64,000 nucleotides of DNA, from positions 36,075-100,074 of IMG/VR virus record IMGVR_UViG_3300025012_000045; one strand, given 5' to 3'. A program made the position numbers and the translations under genes. Positions within the stretch are counted from its first letter, which is position 1; each line of letters starts with the position of its first letter. The stretch is from a virus. This document shows, piece by piece, positions 39,189 through 49,418 of the stretch. The notes under the pieces were generated by a model. It saw only the letters and a list, made by a program, of their open reading frames with translations, had not been told where the DNA came from and ran no database searches.

Positions 39189-40403
39189 ATGAAAAAATTT
39201 AAAACCATAGAAGAAGAATTGTCCAGAATGAAAGAATTATCTGGCATGAAGGAAGATCAAAAATTAATTGATAAATCTGGATTTGCAAGAATAAATAGAA
39301 TGTTATGGGGAGGAGTTTCATCAATTAATTCTGTTGGAATATTAACAGCAGAAAATCCTCAAGGGCAACAGTTATCTCCAGAAGAAAATAATAAAAGAAT
39401 GAAAGATTTAAAAACTGCTTTAGGGACTTATGGGTTTATTGATGTTAGAGGAAAATTTAGGACTAAAGAAGGTAATAATTTAATTGAAAATTCTCTTATT
39501 ATTCCTAATTTACCTAAAGAAACATTACTCTGGTTACAAAAAAAATTTGAACAAGAATCTGTTATTTATGGAGAAAGAAAAGATAAAAATACATTTTTAT
39601 TTGAATATATTAAAAACGGTAATATTGAAGATAAACAAGAAGTCATTTTATCAAAGATGGAAGGTAATGAAGAATATTATTCATATTTACCAAAAACCAG
39701 TAAAAAAGATGGAGAAAAAATAAAATATGAAAGAAGTTTCAGAATACCATTTTTTGATAAAGTTGGTTATAGAAATCCCACAGGTCAAGGAACGTGGGAA
39801 ATAATTGAATATTATGGATTCCTGGGTATAAATTTAGATAATTTACCGAAAGATAATAAGGAAATTAATTTATTGTTAAATGAAATTAAAAAAAATGAGA
39901 AAGAATTGTTGATAGAAGGATTAATTCCAAAATATTATTGGGTAAGAAGAGGCATAATAAATAATTATATTAAAACAATAAAAGACATTATAGAACAAAT
40001 TAATAATAGTTATTTTATTGATATTGAGAATTTACCAAAGGGTAATGAAAAAGTATTAAACATATTAAAGGAAATAAGAGAAAATAAAAAAGAGTTAATT
40101 ATAAATAATTCACTTTCTGATGATTATATTGTTAGAAAATATAGAATAAAAGAATTAAAAAATGAATTGAAAGATTTGATTAAAGAAAATAAAATAGTTA
40201 AATTAACAGAAGAACAGTTGGAAGAAATAACAAAAGATCAAGAAGTATATAATTATTTTTTAACATATGATAAACCATTTATATATTCAAGCCCAGAAGT
40301 TCATTATAAAGAATCACTAAATAAGAGTAAAGAATTGTTTAATCATATTCCAAAAAATTTTAAAAAATTTTGTTTTGAGGAGTATGAAAGACAAAAAAAT
40401 TAA
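39189..40403 (+). CDS. leader-bearing DUF3293-like protein, paralog of 45600
   Basis: IEEELSRMKELSG leader; ILTAENP.G.....EN..R...ENS...FEQESVIY. Confidence 0.75.
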   Translation: MKKFKTIEEELSRMKELSGMKEDQKLIDKSGFARINRMLWGGVSSINSVGILTAENPQGQQLSPEENNKRMKDLKTALGTYGFIDVRGKFRTKEGNNLIENSLIIPNLPKETLLWLQKKFEQESVIYGERKDKNTFLFEYIKNGNIEDKQEVILSKMEGNEEYYSYLPKTSKKDGEKIKYERSFRIPFFDKVGYRNPTGQGTWEIIEYYGFLGINLDNLPKDNKEINLLLNEIKKNEKELLIEGLIPKYYWVRRGIINNYIKTIKDIIEQINNSYFIDIENLPKGNEKVLNILKEIRENKKELIINNSLSDDYIVRKYRIKELKNELKDLIKENKIVKLTEEQLEEITKDQEVYNYFLTYDKPFIYSSPEVHYKESLNKSKELFNHIPKNFKKFCFEEYERQKN

Positions 40404-40415
40404 ATTATTATAAAA

Positions 40416-40673
40416 ATGAAAGAAACAATAGAACAAAAAAAATATAGAATACTAAGAGTAAAATATGAAGAATTTATGAAAAATTATAAAAATGAACATG
40501 AATTGTGTCCTAACTGTGGTGCCAAAGAACATAGTAGTACTTTAGTTGGTTATGTATTTAATCATGATGAACCAGAAAAATATAGAGATTTAAATAGATG
40601 TCAATGTTTGAAATGTGGAAATATACATACGACTCATGAAAGAATAAAAAAAATATTAAATAATATAAATTAA
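40416..40673 (+). CDS. zinc-ribbon protein
   Basis: CPNCG and CLKCG. Confidence 0.65.
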   Translation: MKETIEQKKYRILRVKYEEFMKNYKNEHELCPNCGAKEHSSTLVGYVFNHDEPEKYRDLNRCQCLKCGNIHTTHERIKKILNNIN

Positions 40674-40738
40674 AAAATAATAAGAATTTTTTTAAGTGTT
40701 TTTTCTTTTTCTAACTATTTATATAGAAAAAGAAAATT

Positions 40739-41587
40739 ATGAAAAACACAAAAGAAAAACAACAATGGGAAGAATTAAAAAATATTATACAAGAGAAGAA
40801 AGAAAAGAAGCCAAAAGAAGATGGAATAAAACTTACTATTGGAAAAACAAAGAAAAACTCGATAAACAATCAAGAGAAAGATATTGGAGAAATAAAAAAA
40901 ACAGAAGAAATAACGAAAGATAGATTATACCAAATATATAAAATAGAAAAGAAACAATTGAAAGAGATTGCTAGTTTTTTTAAAGTACCAATTTATACTA
41001 TTAGAAATAGATTAATAAAATATGATATAATACCTAATAAAACCTATACCCATGTCAAGCCAAGAATTGGAGATAAATTTAATAGATGGAAAGTTATAGA
41101 GTATTGTGGTTATGAGGACGGTAATGAATATTGTTTATGTGAATGTGATTGTGGGACCATTAAAAAGGTAGAAATATGGACATTAAAGCATGGAATAACA
41201 AAAAGTTGTGGATGTTATCATGCTGAAATATTAAAAAAAATTAACTGGACGGGGTATAAAGAAATAAGTGGAAAATATTGGGGTTCACTACAATCATCTG
41301 GTAGGCGTAAACGTTTAGAATTTAATATTAATATAAAATATTGTTGGGGGTTATATATAAAACAAGATAGAAAATGTGCTTTAAGTGGATTACCCATAGA
41401 ATTTGAAACATTAAAAAGACGAAAAAAAGATAAATTTATTGCCTCATTAGATAGAATCGACAGTAAAAAAGGATATATTGTTGGTAATGTTCAATGGGTC
41501 GTTAAAGAAATAAATTATATGAAAAGAATATTAACCGATGAAAAGTTTATATTTTTTTGTAAAAAAATAGCTAAAAATAATAAATAA
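40739..41587 (+). CDS. homing endonuclease (CDCG/SCGC HNH-like family)
   Basis: C.CDCG...TKSCGC, CALSG, SLDRIDS.KGY..GNVQWV...N.MK. Confidence 0.8.
   Translation: MKNTKEKQQWEELKNIIQEKKEKKPKEDGIKLTIGKTKKNSINNQEKDIGEIKKTEEITKDRLYQIYKIEKKQLKEIASFFKVPIYTIRNRLIKYDIIPNKTYTHVKPRIGDKFNRWKVIEYCGYEDGNEYCLCECDCGTIKKVEIWTLKHGITKSCGCYHAEILKKINWTGYKEISGKYWGSLQSSGRRKRLEFNINIKYCWGLYIKQDRKCALSGLPIEFETLKRRKKDKFIASLDRIDSKKGYIVGNVQWVVKEINYMKRILTDEKFIFFCKKIAKNNK
40765..40923 (+). CDS. small basic protein overprinted on the endonuclease 5' end
   Basis: MGRIKKYYTREERKEAKRRW...YYWKN...SRERY, homologous to 55093..55242. Confidence 0.7.
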   Translation: MGRIKKYYTREERKEAKRRWNKTYYWKNKEKLDKQSRERYWRNKKNRRNNER

Positions 41588-41605
41588 AATAAAAGTAAAA
41601 TAATT

Positions 41606-42475
41606 ATGAAAAAAAATGTTAAATTAATAATATTCTCAAAGAATAGAGCATTACAATTATTTACTCTATTATCATCACTTGATAAAAACAGTACAATATT
41701 TAAAGATATTTATATTCTTTATAAATTTACAAATGAAGAATATAAACAAGGATATGATAAACTTAAAACTCAAACTTATGAAAATATTGACAAAGATAAA
41801 TCAATATATTTTTATGAAGAAAATGAAGAAGGGTTTAAATCTAACCTAAATGAACTACTTCAATTAAATAGAGAAAAATATGATCATATTTGTTTTATGG
41901 TTGATGACCAGATAATGTACCAGAAACTTGAAAATGAAAATGAAATATTTGACTTAATAACAGATGATGTTTTTTGTTTTTCTTTAAGATTGGGACTAAA
42001 TATTAAATATAGACATTTAACTGATAAATATTTTAATTTACTTAATTATGAGGAATCAGATAATGGAAAATTTATAAAATGGAATTGGAGAGAACAGGGA
42101 CAACAATCAGATTTTGGATATTTTTTTTCTGTTGATTCGCATATTTTTAAATATAAAGATATTGAGAAATTAATTAAACCGTTAAATTATAATAATCCAA
42201 ATACTTTTGAAGCATCAATGCATTTACAATATAATTTTCCAAAGAATTATATGTGTAGTTATAATAATTCAAAAACAGTTAGTTTACCTATTAACAGAGT
42301 GAATGATGTATTTTTAAATAGATTTGGGGTAAAAGTCAATATAACAGAAAAAGAATTAAATGATAGATTTTTAAATGGGGAAATAATTGATTATGAAAAT
42401 ATGCAATATGAAAATATTAATGCATGCCACGTTGAAATCCCTGTTTTATTTAAAAAAGAATTTGAACATGCATAA
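41606..42475 (+). CDS. putative GT-A glycosyltransferase
   Basis: IIFSKNRA.QL..LL.S, FMVDD, FSLRLG, PN.FE. Confidence 0.65.
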   Translation: MKKNVKLIIFSKNRALQLFTLLSSLDKNSTIFKDIYILYKFTNEEYKQGYDKLKTQTYENIDKDKSIYFYEENEEGFKSNLNELLQLNREKYDHICFMVDDQIMYQKLENENEIFDLITDDVFCFSLRLGLNIKYRHLTDKYFNLLNYEESDNGKFIKWNWREQGQQSDFGYFFSVDSHIFKYKDIEKLIKPLNYNNPNTFEASMHLQYNFPKNYMCSYNNSKTVSLPINRVNDVFLNRFGVKVNITEKELNDRFLNGEIIDYENMQYENINACHVEIPVLFKKEFEHA

Positions 42476-42734
42476 TAAAAAAGTTGAAAAATATTGGCAA
42501 GATAATAAAGAAAAAATTTTAACACATTGGTTATTATATAAAAAATATGGTGATAGGGGTTTTTATGTAACATCAGAAAATATTGCTGAAATTGTTGATT
42601 TAATAGCTAACGGAGAAATTCATTTCAATGACTCAAAACTTTTATTAGAAGAATTAGATAAAGAAAGATTAAGAATAGTAAAATTTCATTATGATTGTAT
42701 AGAAAAATTATATCCAAATTTATATAAAAAATAA
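42468..42734 (+). CDS. hypothetical protein
   Basis: likely start MHNKK overlapping previous gene. Confidence 0.5.
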   Translation: MHNKKVEKYWQDNKEKILTHWLLYKKYGDRGFYVTSENIAEIVDLIANGEIHFNDSKLLLEELDKERLRIVKFHYDCIEKLYPNLYKK

Positions 42735-43400
42735 GTGAGTAAAGAATATTATTATACAGAAAAAAGTCAAATTGGTAATTTATCTGAAATATATTTAGAT
42801 TATTTTGGATATAAAACAAATGGTTATTTTGTTGAAGTGGGTGGATATGACGGAACCCAATACAGCAATACATATGGTTTGGCTAAAGTTTGGTGGCACG
42901 GACTTATTTTTGAACCGCAACCTTATATTTTTGATACTTGTGTTAAAAATTATAAAAATTATCCAAATATAAAAATAGAAAAATGTTGTATTGGAAGTTA
43001 TGATGGAAATATTGATTTATATATTGGTGGCCCCTTAACTACCACTAGTAAAGAAATGGTTGAGGTATATAAGACATTAGATTTTTCAAAGGGATTATTC
43101 ATTGGTGATATTTATCCTGTTAAATCTACAATTTATAAATTAGATAATATGTTAGAAAAATATAATTGGCCCATTAGTTTTGATGTCCTTGTTATTGATA
43201 CTGAAGGAACAGAATTAGAAGTTTTAACAGGGTTTTCAATAGATAAATGGTTGCCAAGATTAGTGATAATAGAAATGGATATAAAAAATAAAAATGAATT
43301 TATCAGAATAAAAAGTGAAAAAATAAATGAAATTATGAAAGAAAATAAATATAAAAAAATTCATGAAGATTCAATTAATAGTATATTTGTTTTAAATTAA
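42735..43400 (+). CDS. FkbM-family methyltransferase
   Basis: FVEVGGYDG...SNT...FEP...IDTEG.E..VL.G. Confidence 0.85.
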   Translation: MSKEYYYTEKSQIGNLSEIYLDYFGYKTNGYFVEVGGYDGTQYSNTYGLAKVWWHGLIFEPQPYIFDTCVKNYKNYPNIKIEKCCIGSYDGNIDLYIGGPLTTTSKEMVEVYKTLDFSKGLFIGDIYPVKSTIYKLDNMLEKYNWPISFDVLVIDTEGTELEVLTGFSIDKWLPRLVIIEMDIKNKNEFIRIKSEKINEIMKENKYKKIHEDSINSIFVLN

Positions 43401-43422
43401 AAAATAGATTAATTTATTTAAG

Positions 43423-44280
43423 ATGAAAAGAACACCATTAAAAATTTGTGATTCAGCATTCGCACACACTTTTACAAGTAGTTGGGATAATAAATCAAAA
43501 TATATTGAATGGGTTAGAGATTTTGATAAAAATGCAGATAATGATTTAATATTTTTTACAGATCAAAATATATTTAATTTTTATAACTACCGATCAAAAA
43601 TTAAAATTGGGTGGCTTATTGAGCCTGTCAGCGTAAACCCCTATTCTTATTCTTTTGTTCGAGAAAATTATCAAAAAGAAGGATTCTTCGATTATATATT
43701 AACTTATGATAAAGAATTAATAGAATTAAATAAAAATATTAATAGTGATATTTTCCAGTTTTTTTCTCATGGCGGTTCTTGGATAGAAGAAGAAGATTTT
43801 AAAATTTATGATAAAAATAAAATGGTATCGATAATTGCAAGCGGTAAAAACCAGACTAAAGGGCACCGCCTTAGACATAGCAGTATCGAATATTATAAAC
43901 AAAAACTTGATGTGATGGGTCATGGATACAGAAGTATTGAAAGTAAAAAAGAAGGTTTATGTGATTATAGATATTCTGTTATTATTGAGAATATAAAACA
44001 AAATGATTATTTTACAGAAAAATTAATTGATTGTTTATCAACAGGAACAGTTTCCATATATTGGGGAACTGAAAATATTGGAAATTATTTTGATGAAAGG
44101 GGAATAATTAAATTTGACAATATATCTGAATTGGGGTATATATTAGATAATATTGTATCAGAAAAGGACTATTTATCAAGAATGGATGCAATTAAACATA
44201 ATCTGGAAGAGTGCAAGAAATATAGAATCGCAGAAGATTATATATTTGAAAACTTTTTAGTTAAAAATAATTTAATATGA
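43423..44280 (+). CDS. GT10 (fucosyltransferase-like) glycosyltransferase
   Basis: YRYSVIIEN....YFTEK..D....T..IYWG. Confidence 0.8.
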   Translation: MKRTPLKICDSAFAHTFTSSWDNKSKYIEWVRDFDKNADNDLIFFTDQNIFNFYNYRSKIKIGWLIEPVSVNPYSYSFVRENYQKEGFFDYILTYDKELIELNKNINSDIFQFFSHGGSWIEEEDFKIYDKNKMVSIIASGKNQTKGHRLRHSSIEYYKQKLDVMGHGYRSIESKKEGLCDYRYSVIIENIKQNDYFTEKLIDCLSTGTVSIYWGTENIGNYFDERGIIKFDNISELGYILDNIVSEKDYLSRMDAIKHNLEECKKYRIAEDYIFENFLVKNNLI

Positions 44281-44495
44281 AAAATAAATGTGAACATTGT
44301 AATAGAAATGCAGATTATAAGGTGAGTTCATTTCATTCTACTTATGATTGTTTATTTAAACCAAATCAAAAAGACAGATTACCAACACCCGGTAAGGTTG
44401 AAATGGTAATAGGTTATTGTTGTGGTCATTGTTTGCCAGGGCCAAAAGAACCATATAAAACAGATTATTGTTATGTTTTTGTTGAAAAATTGTAG
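44277..44495 (+). CDS. small Cys-rich protein
   Basis: CEHC...CCGHC. Confidence 0.55.
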   Translation: MKNKCEHCNRNADYKVSSFHSTYDCLFKPNQKDRLPTPGKVEMVIGYCCGHCLPGPKEPYKTDYCYVFVEKL

Positions 44496-44538
44496 TACCT
44501 ATTGACTATTTAAATTATTTTGTTTATTTTTGTATTAT

Positions 44539-45294
44539 ATGAAAGAACATAAAAGTTTTGAAGAATATGTTACTAGATTTAGAGAATTGGCAGGTCTTAA
44601 ACCTGATGATAACCCAATTGATTTTTTACCAAAACAAATTCCTGCTGAAGAATATTTAACAGAAGATAAAATAAAAGAGTTAAATGAAAGTAGTTTAACT
44701 AGAATACGACAACATATATTAAATCACGATATTACAACAATAAGTGCATGGAGAGATAAAAATGAAAATTGTGTAGAATATAGAGAAGGTGCAGAGAGAA
44801 ATAAAATTTTTACAAGAGAAGAAAAAAATGAAAGGAATTTGGAATTAAGTTCTGCATTATTGAAAAAGAGATATGGTGTTACATATATTAGAGGAATATC
44901 ACAAGAAGGAAAACAGATAGTTCAGGAAAATAGTTATCTCGTTGTTAATTTAAATAATGATGAAAAATTTATTGATAATGTAAAGAAATTGGGGCAATAT
45001 TATTGTCAGGATTCTGTACTAATAAAAGAAAAAAATAATGAAAATGCATATTTAATTGGAACAAATAATTTTCATAGATTGGGACTTAATAAAAAACAAA
45101 TATTAGGTAAATTTCATCCAGGAATAGAAAATGAACTCATGTCAAAAATACATGGAAGGCCATTTTATTTTGGTGAGAATGTAGATAGAGAGGGGCCAAT
45201 ACAATTTGAAATATATGATGAATTTAGTATTGGTGCAAGACAAGCAGTTACAAAAACATCAGAAAAAATTTTAAATGAAATATTTAAAAAATGA
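44539..45294 (+). CDS. leader-bearing DUF3293-like protein, paralog of 46838
   Basis: FEEYVTRFRELAG...LNE/SSLTRI; ISAWR, ENS.LVVN, QDSVL. Confidence 0.7.
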   Translation: MKEHKSFEEYVTRFRELAGLKPDDNPIDFLPKQIPAEEYLTEDKIKELNESSLTRIRQHILNHDITTISAWRDKNENCVEYREGAERNKIFTREEKNERNLELSSALLKKRYGVTYIRGISQEGKQIVQENSYLVVNLNNDEKFIDNVKKLGQYYCQDSVLIKEKNNENAYLIGTNNFHRLGLNKKQILGKFHPGIENELMSKIHGRPFYFGENVDREGPIQFEIYDEFSIGARQAVTKTSEKILNEIFKK

Positions 45295-45590
45295 AGAAAT
45301 ATAAAAGTTTTGAAGAATATGTTATTGATACTTTAAAATTGATAATTCCAATAACTACTGGATTTAAATCAAGTCAAATATCATATGTGTTTGATGGTAA
45401 GGTTAATTATTTTACATATTATAAAAATACTAATAAATTATGGATTAATTACAGAGAAATATATTGTGGATTTGTAGATGATCTTGGAATTTTTAGTATA
45501 GAGATATTTAGAAAAATAATAAGAAATAAAATAAAGGAATATTTAAAATTAAATAACAAAGTAAAAGTTTTAAGAAACTCAAATTTTTAA
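45291..45590 (+). CDS. hypothetical protein
   Basis: begins KSFEEYV like 44539. Confidence 0.55.
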   Translation: MKKYKSFEEYVIDTLKLIIPITTGFKSSQISYVFDGKVNYFTYYKNTNKLWINYREIYCGFVDDLGIFSIEIFRKIIRNKIKEYLKLNNKVKVLRNSNF

Positions 45591-45599
45591 TAAATAAAA

Positions 45600-46820
45600 A
45601 TGAATAAATTTAAAACATTAAATGAAGAAATAGACAGAATAAAAGAATTATCTGGAATTGAGAAAAAAGAATCAACTCAATTAATTGATGAATCTGGATT
45701 TGCCAGAATAAATAGAATGTTATGGGGGGGAGTCCCATCAATTAATTCTGTTGGAATATTAACAGCAGAAAATCCCCAAGGGCAACAGTTATCTCCAGAA
45801 GAAAATAATAAAAGAATGAAAGATTTAAAAACTACTTTGGGGACTTATGGGTTTATTGATGTTAAGGGAAAATTTAGGACTAAAGAAGGTAATAATTTAA
45901 TTGAAAATTCTCTTATTATTCCTAATTTACCCAAAGAAACATTATTCTGGTTACAAAAAAAATTTGAACAAGAATCTGTTATTTATGGGAAAAGAAAAGA
46001 TAAAAATACATTTTTATTTGAATATATTAAAAACGGTAATACTGAAGATAAACAAGAGGTTATTTTATCAAAGATGGAAGGTAATGAAGAATATTATTCG
46101 TATTTACCAAAAACCAGTAAAAAAGATGGAGAAAAAATAAAATATGAAAGAAGTTTCAGAATACCATTTTTTGATAAAATTGGTTATAGAAAATCCACTA
46201 ATCAAGGAACGTGGGAAATAACTGAACATTATGGATTTTTAGATATGAATTTAGAAGATTTACCAAAAGACAATAAAGAAATAAATTTATTATTAAATGA
46301 AATTAAAAAAAATGAGAAAGAATTATTGATAGAAGGATTAATTTCAAAATATTATTGGGTAAGGAGAGGTATAATAAATGAATCTATTAAGATAATAAAA
46401 GAAATTTTGGATCAACTTGAAAATGGATTTATTAATATTGATATTGATAATTTACCAAAAGGTAATGAGGAAGTATTAATATTATTAAAAAATATAAGAG
46501 AAAATAAAAAAAGATTGATTGTAAATGATTCATTATCCAATGATTATATTGGAAAAAAACATGAAATAAATGAATCAATCAGAAGATTAAAAGAACTTAT
46601 AAAAGAAAATAAGATATTTAAATTAACAGAAGAACAATTGGAAGAAATAACAAAAGACCAGGAAATATATAATTATTTTTTGATAAATGATAAACCGTTT
46701 ATCCATGCAACTGCCGAACAACATTATAATCAATCAAAAGAAAAAAGTTTGGAATTATTCAATCACATACCAAAAAATTTTAAACAATTTTGTTTTGAAG
46801 AATATGAACGTAATAAATAA
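45600..46820 (+). CDS. leader-bearing DUF3293-like protein, paralog of 39189
   Basis: LNEEIDRIKELSG leader; core nearly identical to 39189. Confidence 0.75.
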   Translation: MNKFKTLNEEIDRIKELSGIEKKESTQLIDESGFARINRMLWGGVPSINSVGILTAENPQGQQLSPEENNKRMKDLKTTLGTYGFIDVKGKFRTKEGNNLIENSLIIPNLPKETLFWLQKKFEQESVIYGKRKDKNTFLFEYIKNGNTEDKQEVILSKMEGNEEYYSYLPKTSKKDGEKIKYERSFRIPFFDKIGYRKSTNQGTWEITEHYGFLDMNLEDLPKDNKEINLLLNEIKKNEKELLIEGLISKYYWVRRGIINESIKIIKEILDQLENGFINIDIDNLPKGNEEVLILLKNIRENKKRLIVNDSLSNDYIGKKHEINESIRRLKELIKENKIFKLTEEQLEEITKDQEIYNYFLINDKPFIHATAEQHYNQSKEKSLELFNHIPKNFKQFCFEEYERNK

Positions 46821-46837
46821 TATGAAATTTTAAAAAA

Positions 46838-47524
46838 ATGAATAAATACAAAACATTAAATGAAGAAATAAATAGAATAAGAGAATTATCTGGATTAGAT
46901 ACAACTATTGAAGAAAGTTCACTTAGCAGAATATTTGAACATTTATCAAAACACGATATTGCCATGATGACAGCATTTAGAAAAGAAAATATAGACTGTC
47001 TTGATGAAGAAAAAAATACAAAAGGAATTATTACAAAAGAAGATAATTTAGTAAGAAATAAAAAATTACAAGTATCATTATTATCTTTAGATTATAGTGT
47101 TACTGCAATAGATGGTTCTGTAATAAAAAATTTTGGTAAAGAAAATGAAAGGGAATTTAAAGAAAATAGTTTTTTAGTTGTTAATTTATATGATGATGAA
47201 AAATTTATTAATAACATAATAAAACTTGGACAATATTTTTGTCAGGACAATGTTTTAATAAAAGAAAAGGAAAAAGAAAATGCTTATTTAATTGGAACTA
47301 ACAATTCAAACGGTCCAGGATTAAATCAAAGATATGATTTGGGAAAATATAAACCAGGAATAGAATCACAATTTATGTCAAAAATAAAAGGAAGACCGTT
47401 TTATTTTGAACAATATGATAATTTTAATATTGGGGCCAAACTTATAATAACTAATGAATCTAAAGAGATTTTAGAAGAGATAGAAAAATATAATATTAAT
47501 GATATAAAATTAAAAAAATTATGA
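46838..47524 (+). CDS. leader-bearing DUF3293-like protein, paralog of 44539
   Basis: LNEEINRIRELSG...IEE/SSLSRI. Confidence 0.7.
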   Translation: MNKYKTLNEEINRIRELSGLDTTIEESSLSRIFEHLSKHDIAMMTAFRKENIDCLDEEKNTKGIITKEDNLVRNKKLQVSLLSLDYSVTAIDGSVIKNFGKENEREFKENSFLVVNLYDDEKFINNIIKLGQYFCQDNVLIKEKEKENAYLIGTNNSNGPGLNQRYDLGKYKPGIESQFMSKIKGRPFYFEQYDNFNIGAKLIITNESKEILEEIEKYNINDIKLKKL

Positions 47525-47967
47525 AAAATAAAAAAATAGATGTTATTGAATTAACTGAATATCAACCTTCAGAATTTAATCCAAAACTCAAAGATTTTGA
47601 GATATTTGGAAAACACGGACTAATGAACGGAAGAATGCTTTCTGGGTCAAAATCAGGTTATCATGATAAGTACCCAGATCATTTAGTTATTTTTAATGCA
47701 AACATTGTTACAAAATCAAAGGGAAAAGTGATTTATGGTGATATTGATATTAATAAAGATATTGATACACTTAAAAAAATATCAGAAGAATTGGGAGAAC
47801 ATTTATATGTTTTATATGAAATGGATTGCAGGTTTGATACAGAGAAAGATGATATTAAAGAATTAATTAAAAATGCACTATGGTCAACAGATCCAGATTT
47901 TAAACCAAGTAGATTGGGTGAATATTGGACTTTTGATAAAAATGGAAAACCAAAAAGAAAAAAATAA
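47521..47967 (+). CDS. hypothetical protein
   Basis: GRM.SGSKS.Y...P...V.FNAN...GD.D...LYVL.E.D.RF. Confidence 0.7.
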   Translation: MKNKKIDVIELTEYQPSEFNPKLKDFEIFGKHGLMNGRMLSGSKSGYHDKYPDHLVIFNANIVTKSKGKVIYGDIDINKDIDTLKKISEELGEHLYVLYEMDCRFDTEKDDIKELIKNALWSTDPDFKPSRLGEYWTFDKNGKPKRKK

Positions 47968-47972
47968 ATATT

Positions 47973-48176
47973 ATGAAAATACAGACAAAAATAATGGTAA
48001 GAGATGTTGGGCATCCAGATTATGAAATTCAATTGGAATTGGATTTCTTATATGTACCCCCACAACAAATTAGTAAAAGAGTAACATTCAATCTTGAAGG
48101 TAAAGAATTTGCATTTTATAATATGGAAGATGTTTTTACCATTCATGGTATTACAAGATATGTATATTTTAGATGA
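47973..48176 (+). CDS. hypothetical protein
   Basis: ORF in operon. Confidence 0.55.
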   Translation: MKIQTKIMVRDVGHPDYEIQLELDFLYVPPQQISKRVTFNLEGKEFAFYNMEDVFTIHGITRYVYFR

Positions 48177-48229
48177 TAAATTGTATGAGATGGTTGAGAA
48201 TATTTAAGTTTTTAAATTAAATTTATCAG

Positions 48230-48547
48230 ATGAAAACAGAAACAATAATAATCGGGAAATTAACTTTGCAGATGTTAAAGGATATGGGCCCAGGTACTAT
48301 ATTTGCAAAAGGAGAAATATTAAATGAGGAATTGCCAACACCGATGGTATCACCATCTGAATATCCAAATTTAAAATTATGCTGGGTAGCAAAAAGAGGA
48401 GGATATTGGGATTGGACAATTTATATGGCTAAAGCAGAACAGGGATATGAATATGCTGAAACTAATGGAGACAAAACATATTCAGAAAATAATATACGTT
48501 TTCTTGTTCCTTGTGATGATGAAGCATTTAAAATGTTTAGAAAATAA
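48230..48547 (+). CDS. hypothetical protein
   Basis: WVAKRGG..DW.IY. Confidence 0.65.
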   Translation: MKTETIIIGKLTLQMLKDMGPGTIFAKGEILNEELPTPMVSPSEYPNLKLCWVAKRGGYWDWTIYMAKAEQGYEYAETNGDKTYSENNIRFLVPCDDEAFKMFRK

Positions 48548-48567
48548 AATTATTAAAACCAAAACAA

Positions 48568-48870
48568 ATGTATCAAATAGTTGAAACTACGCATCAGCAG
48601 AAAATGACAATGTACATGAAATGTACAAAGAAAAAATTAGCAGAAATGTTGATTGCATGCAATGATGCATTAGATTTCCAAAATAAAAATAAAGAATTTC
48701 CAAATGAGCAATCCTATAAAACATTATCTGGATCATGTCATTGTTGCCCAGTATGTGATGGAAAAGGAATAGTTCCAAATGGATTTTATGCATCAGTATG
48801 TGGTTTTGGTACAACAACCTCAACTATCCCTGAAACATGCAGAAGTTGTAGTGGAAATGGATTTATTTAG
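48568..48870 (+). CDS. DnaJ-type zinc-finger protein
   Basis: CPVCDGKG and CRSCSGNG. Confidence 0.7.
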   Translation: MYQIVETTHQQKMTMYMKCTKKKLAEMLIACNDALDFQNKNKEFPNEQSYKTLSGSCHCCPVCDGKGIVPNGFYASVCGFGTTTSTIPETCRSCSGNGFI

Positions 48871-48879
48871 GAATAAAAA

Positions 48880-49410
48880 ATGTTAAATAGAAAAATAATT
48901 TCAAGTAAAAAAGATTGGGGAACACCGTTAAAGTATGTCAATGCGGTTAAAGAAGTTTTTGACAATATAATAGAGTTGGACCCATGTTCCAATGAATATA
49001 GTATTGTTAATGCAAAAAAAGAAATACAACCACCAGAAAATGGTTTAGCTATTGATTGGGATTATAAAACAATATATGTTAATCCTCCGTATGGTAGAGA
49101 TAAAAATGTAAAGACAAATATTTCAGATTGGTTAAAAAAGTGTTCCGATAGTTATGAAAAATATAATAATGAGATATTGGCATTAATACCTGTATCAACA
49201 AATACAAAACATTGGAAAGAAAATATATTTAAAAGAGCAAATGGGATTTGTTTTTTAGAAGATACAAGATTGAAATTTTTAAATAAAGGAATAGAAGAAA
49301 AGAAAGGGGCACCGATATCATGTACAATGATTTATTGGGGGAATAATTATAATAAGTTTAAAGAGGTTTTTAGTAAATATGGGAAATGTTTTAAAATAAT
49401 ATTAAAATAA
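48880..49410 (+). CDS. phage Dam-type DNA N6-adenine methyltransferase
   Basis: W.TP, LDPC, NGL..DW, NPPY, LIP..T.T..W, R..F. Confidence 0.85.
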   Translation: MLNRKIISSKKDWGTPLKYVNAVKEVFDNIIELDPCSNEYSIVNAKKEIQPPENGLAIDWDYKTIYVNPPYGRDKNVKTNISDWLKKCSDSYEKYNNEILALIPVSTNTKHWKENIFKRANGICFLEDTRLKFLNKGIEEKKGAPISCTMIYWGNNYNKFKEVFSKYGKCFKIILK

Positions 49411-49418
49411 TATTAAAA

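Noticed and set aside
39270-46190. Diversity-generating retroelement TR/VR pair
   Set aside because: Differences are not confined to adenines, both copies are full genes, and no reverse transcriptase is in the window.
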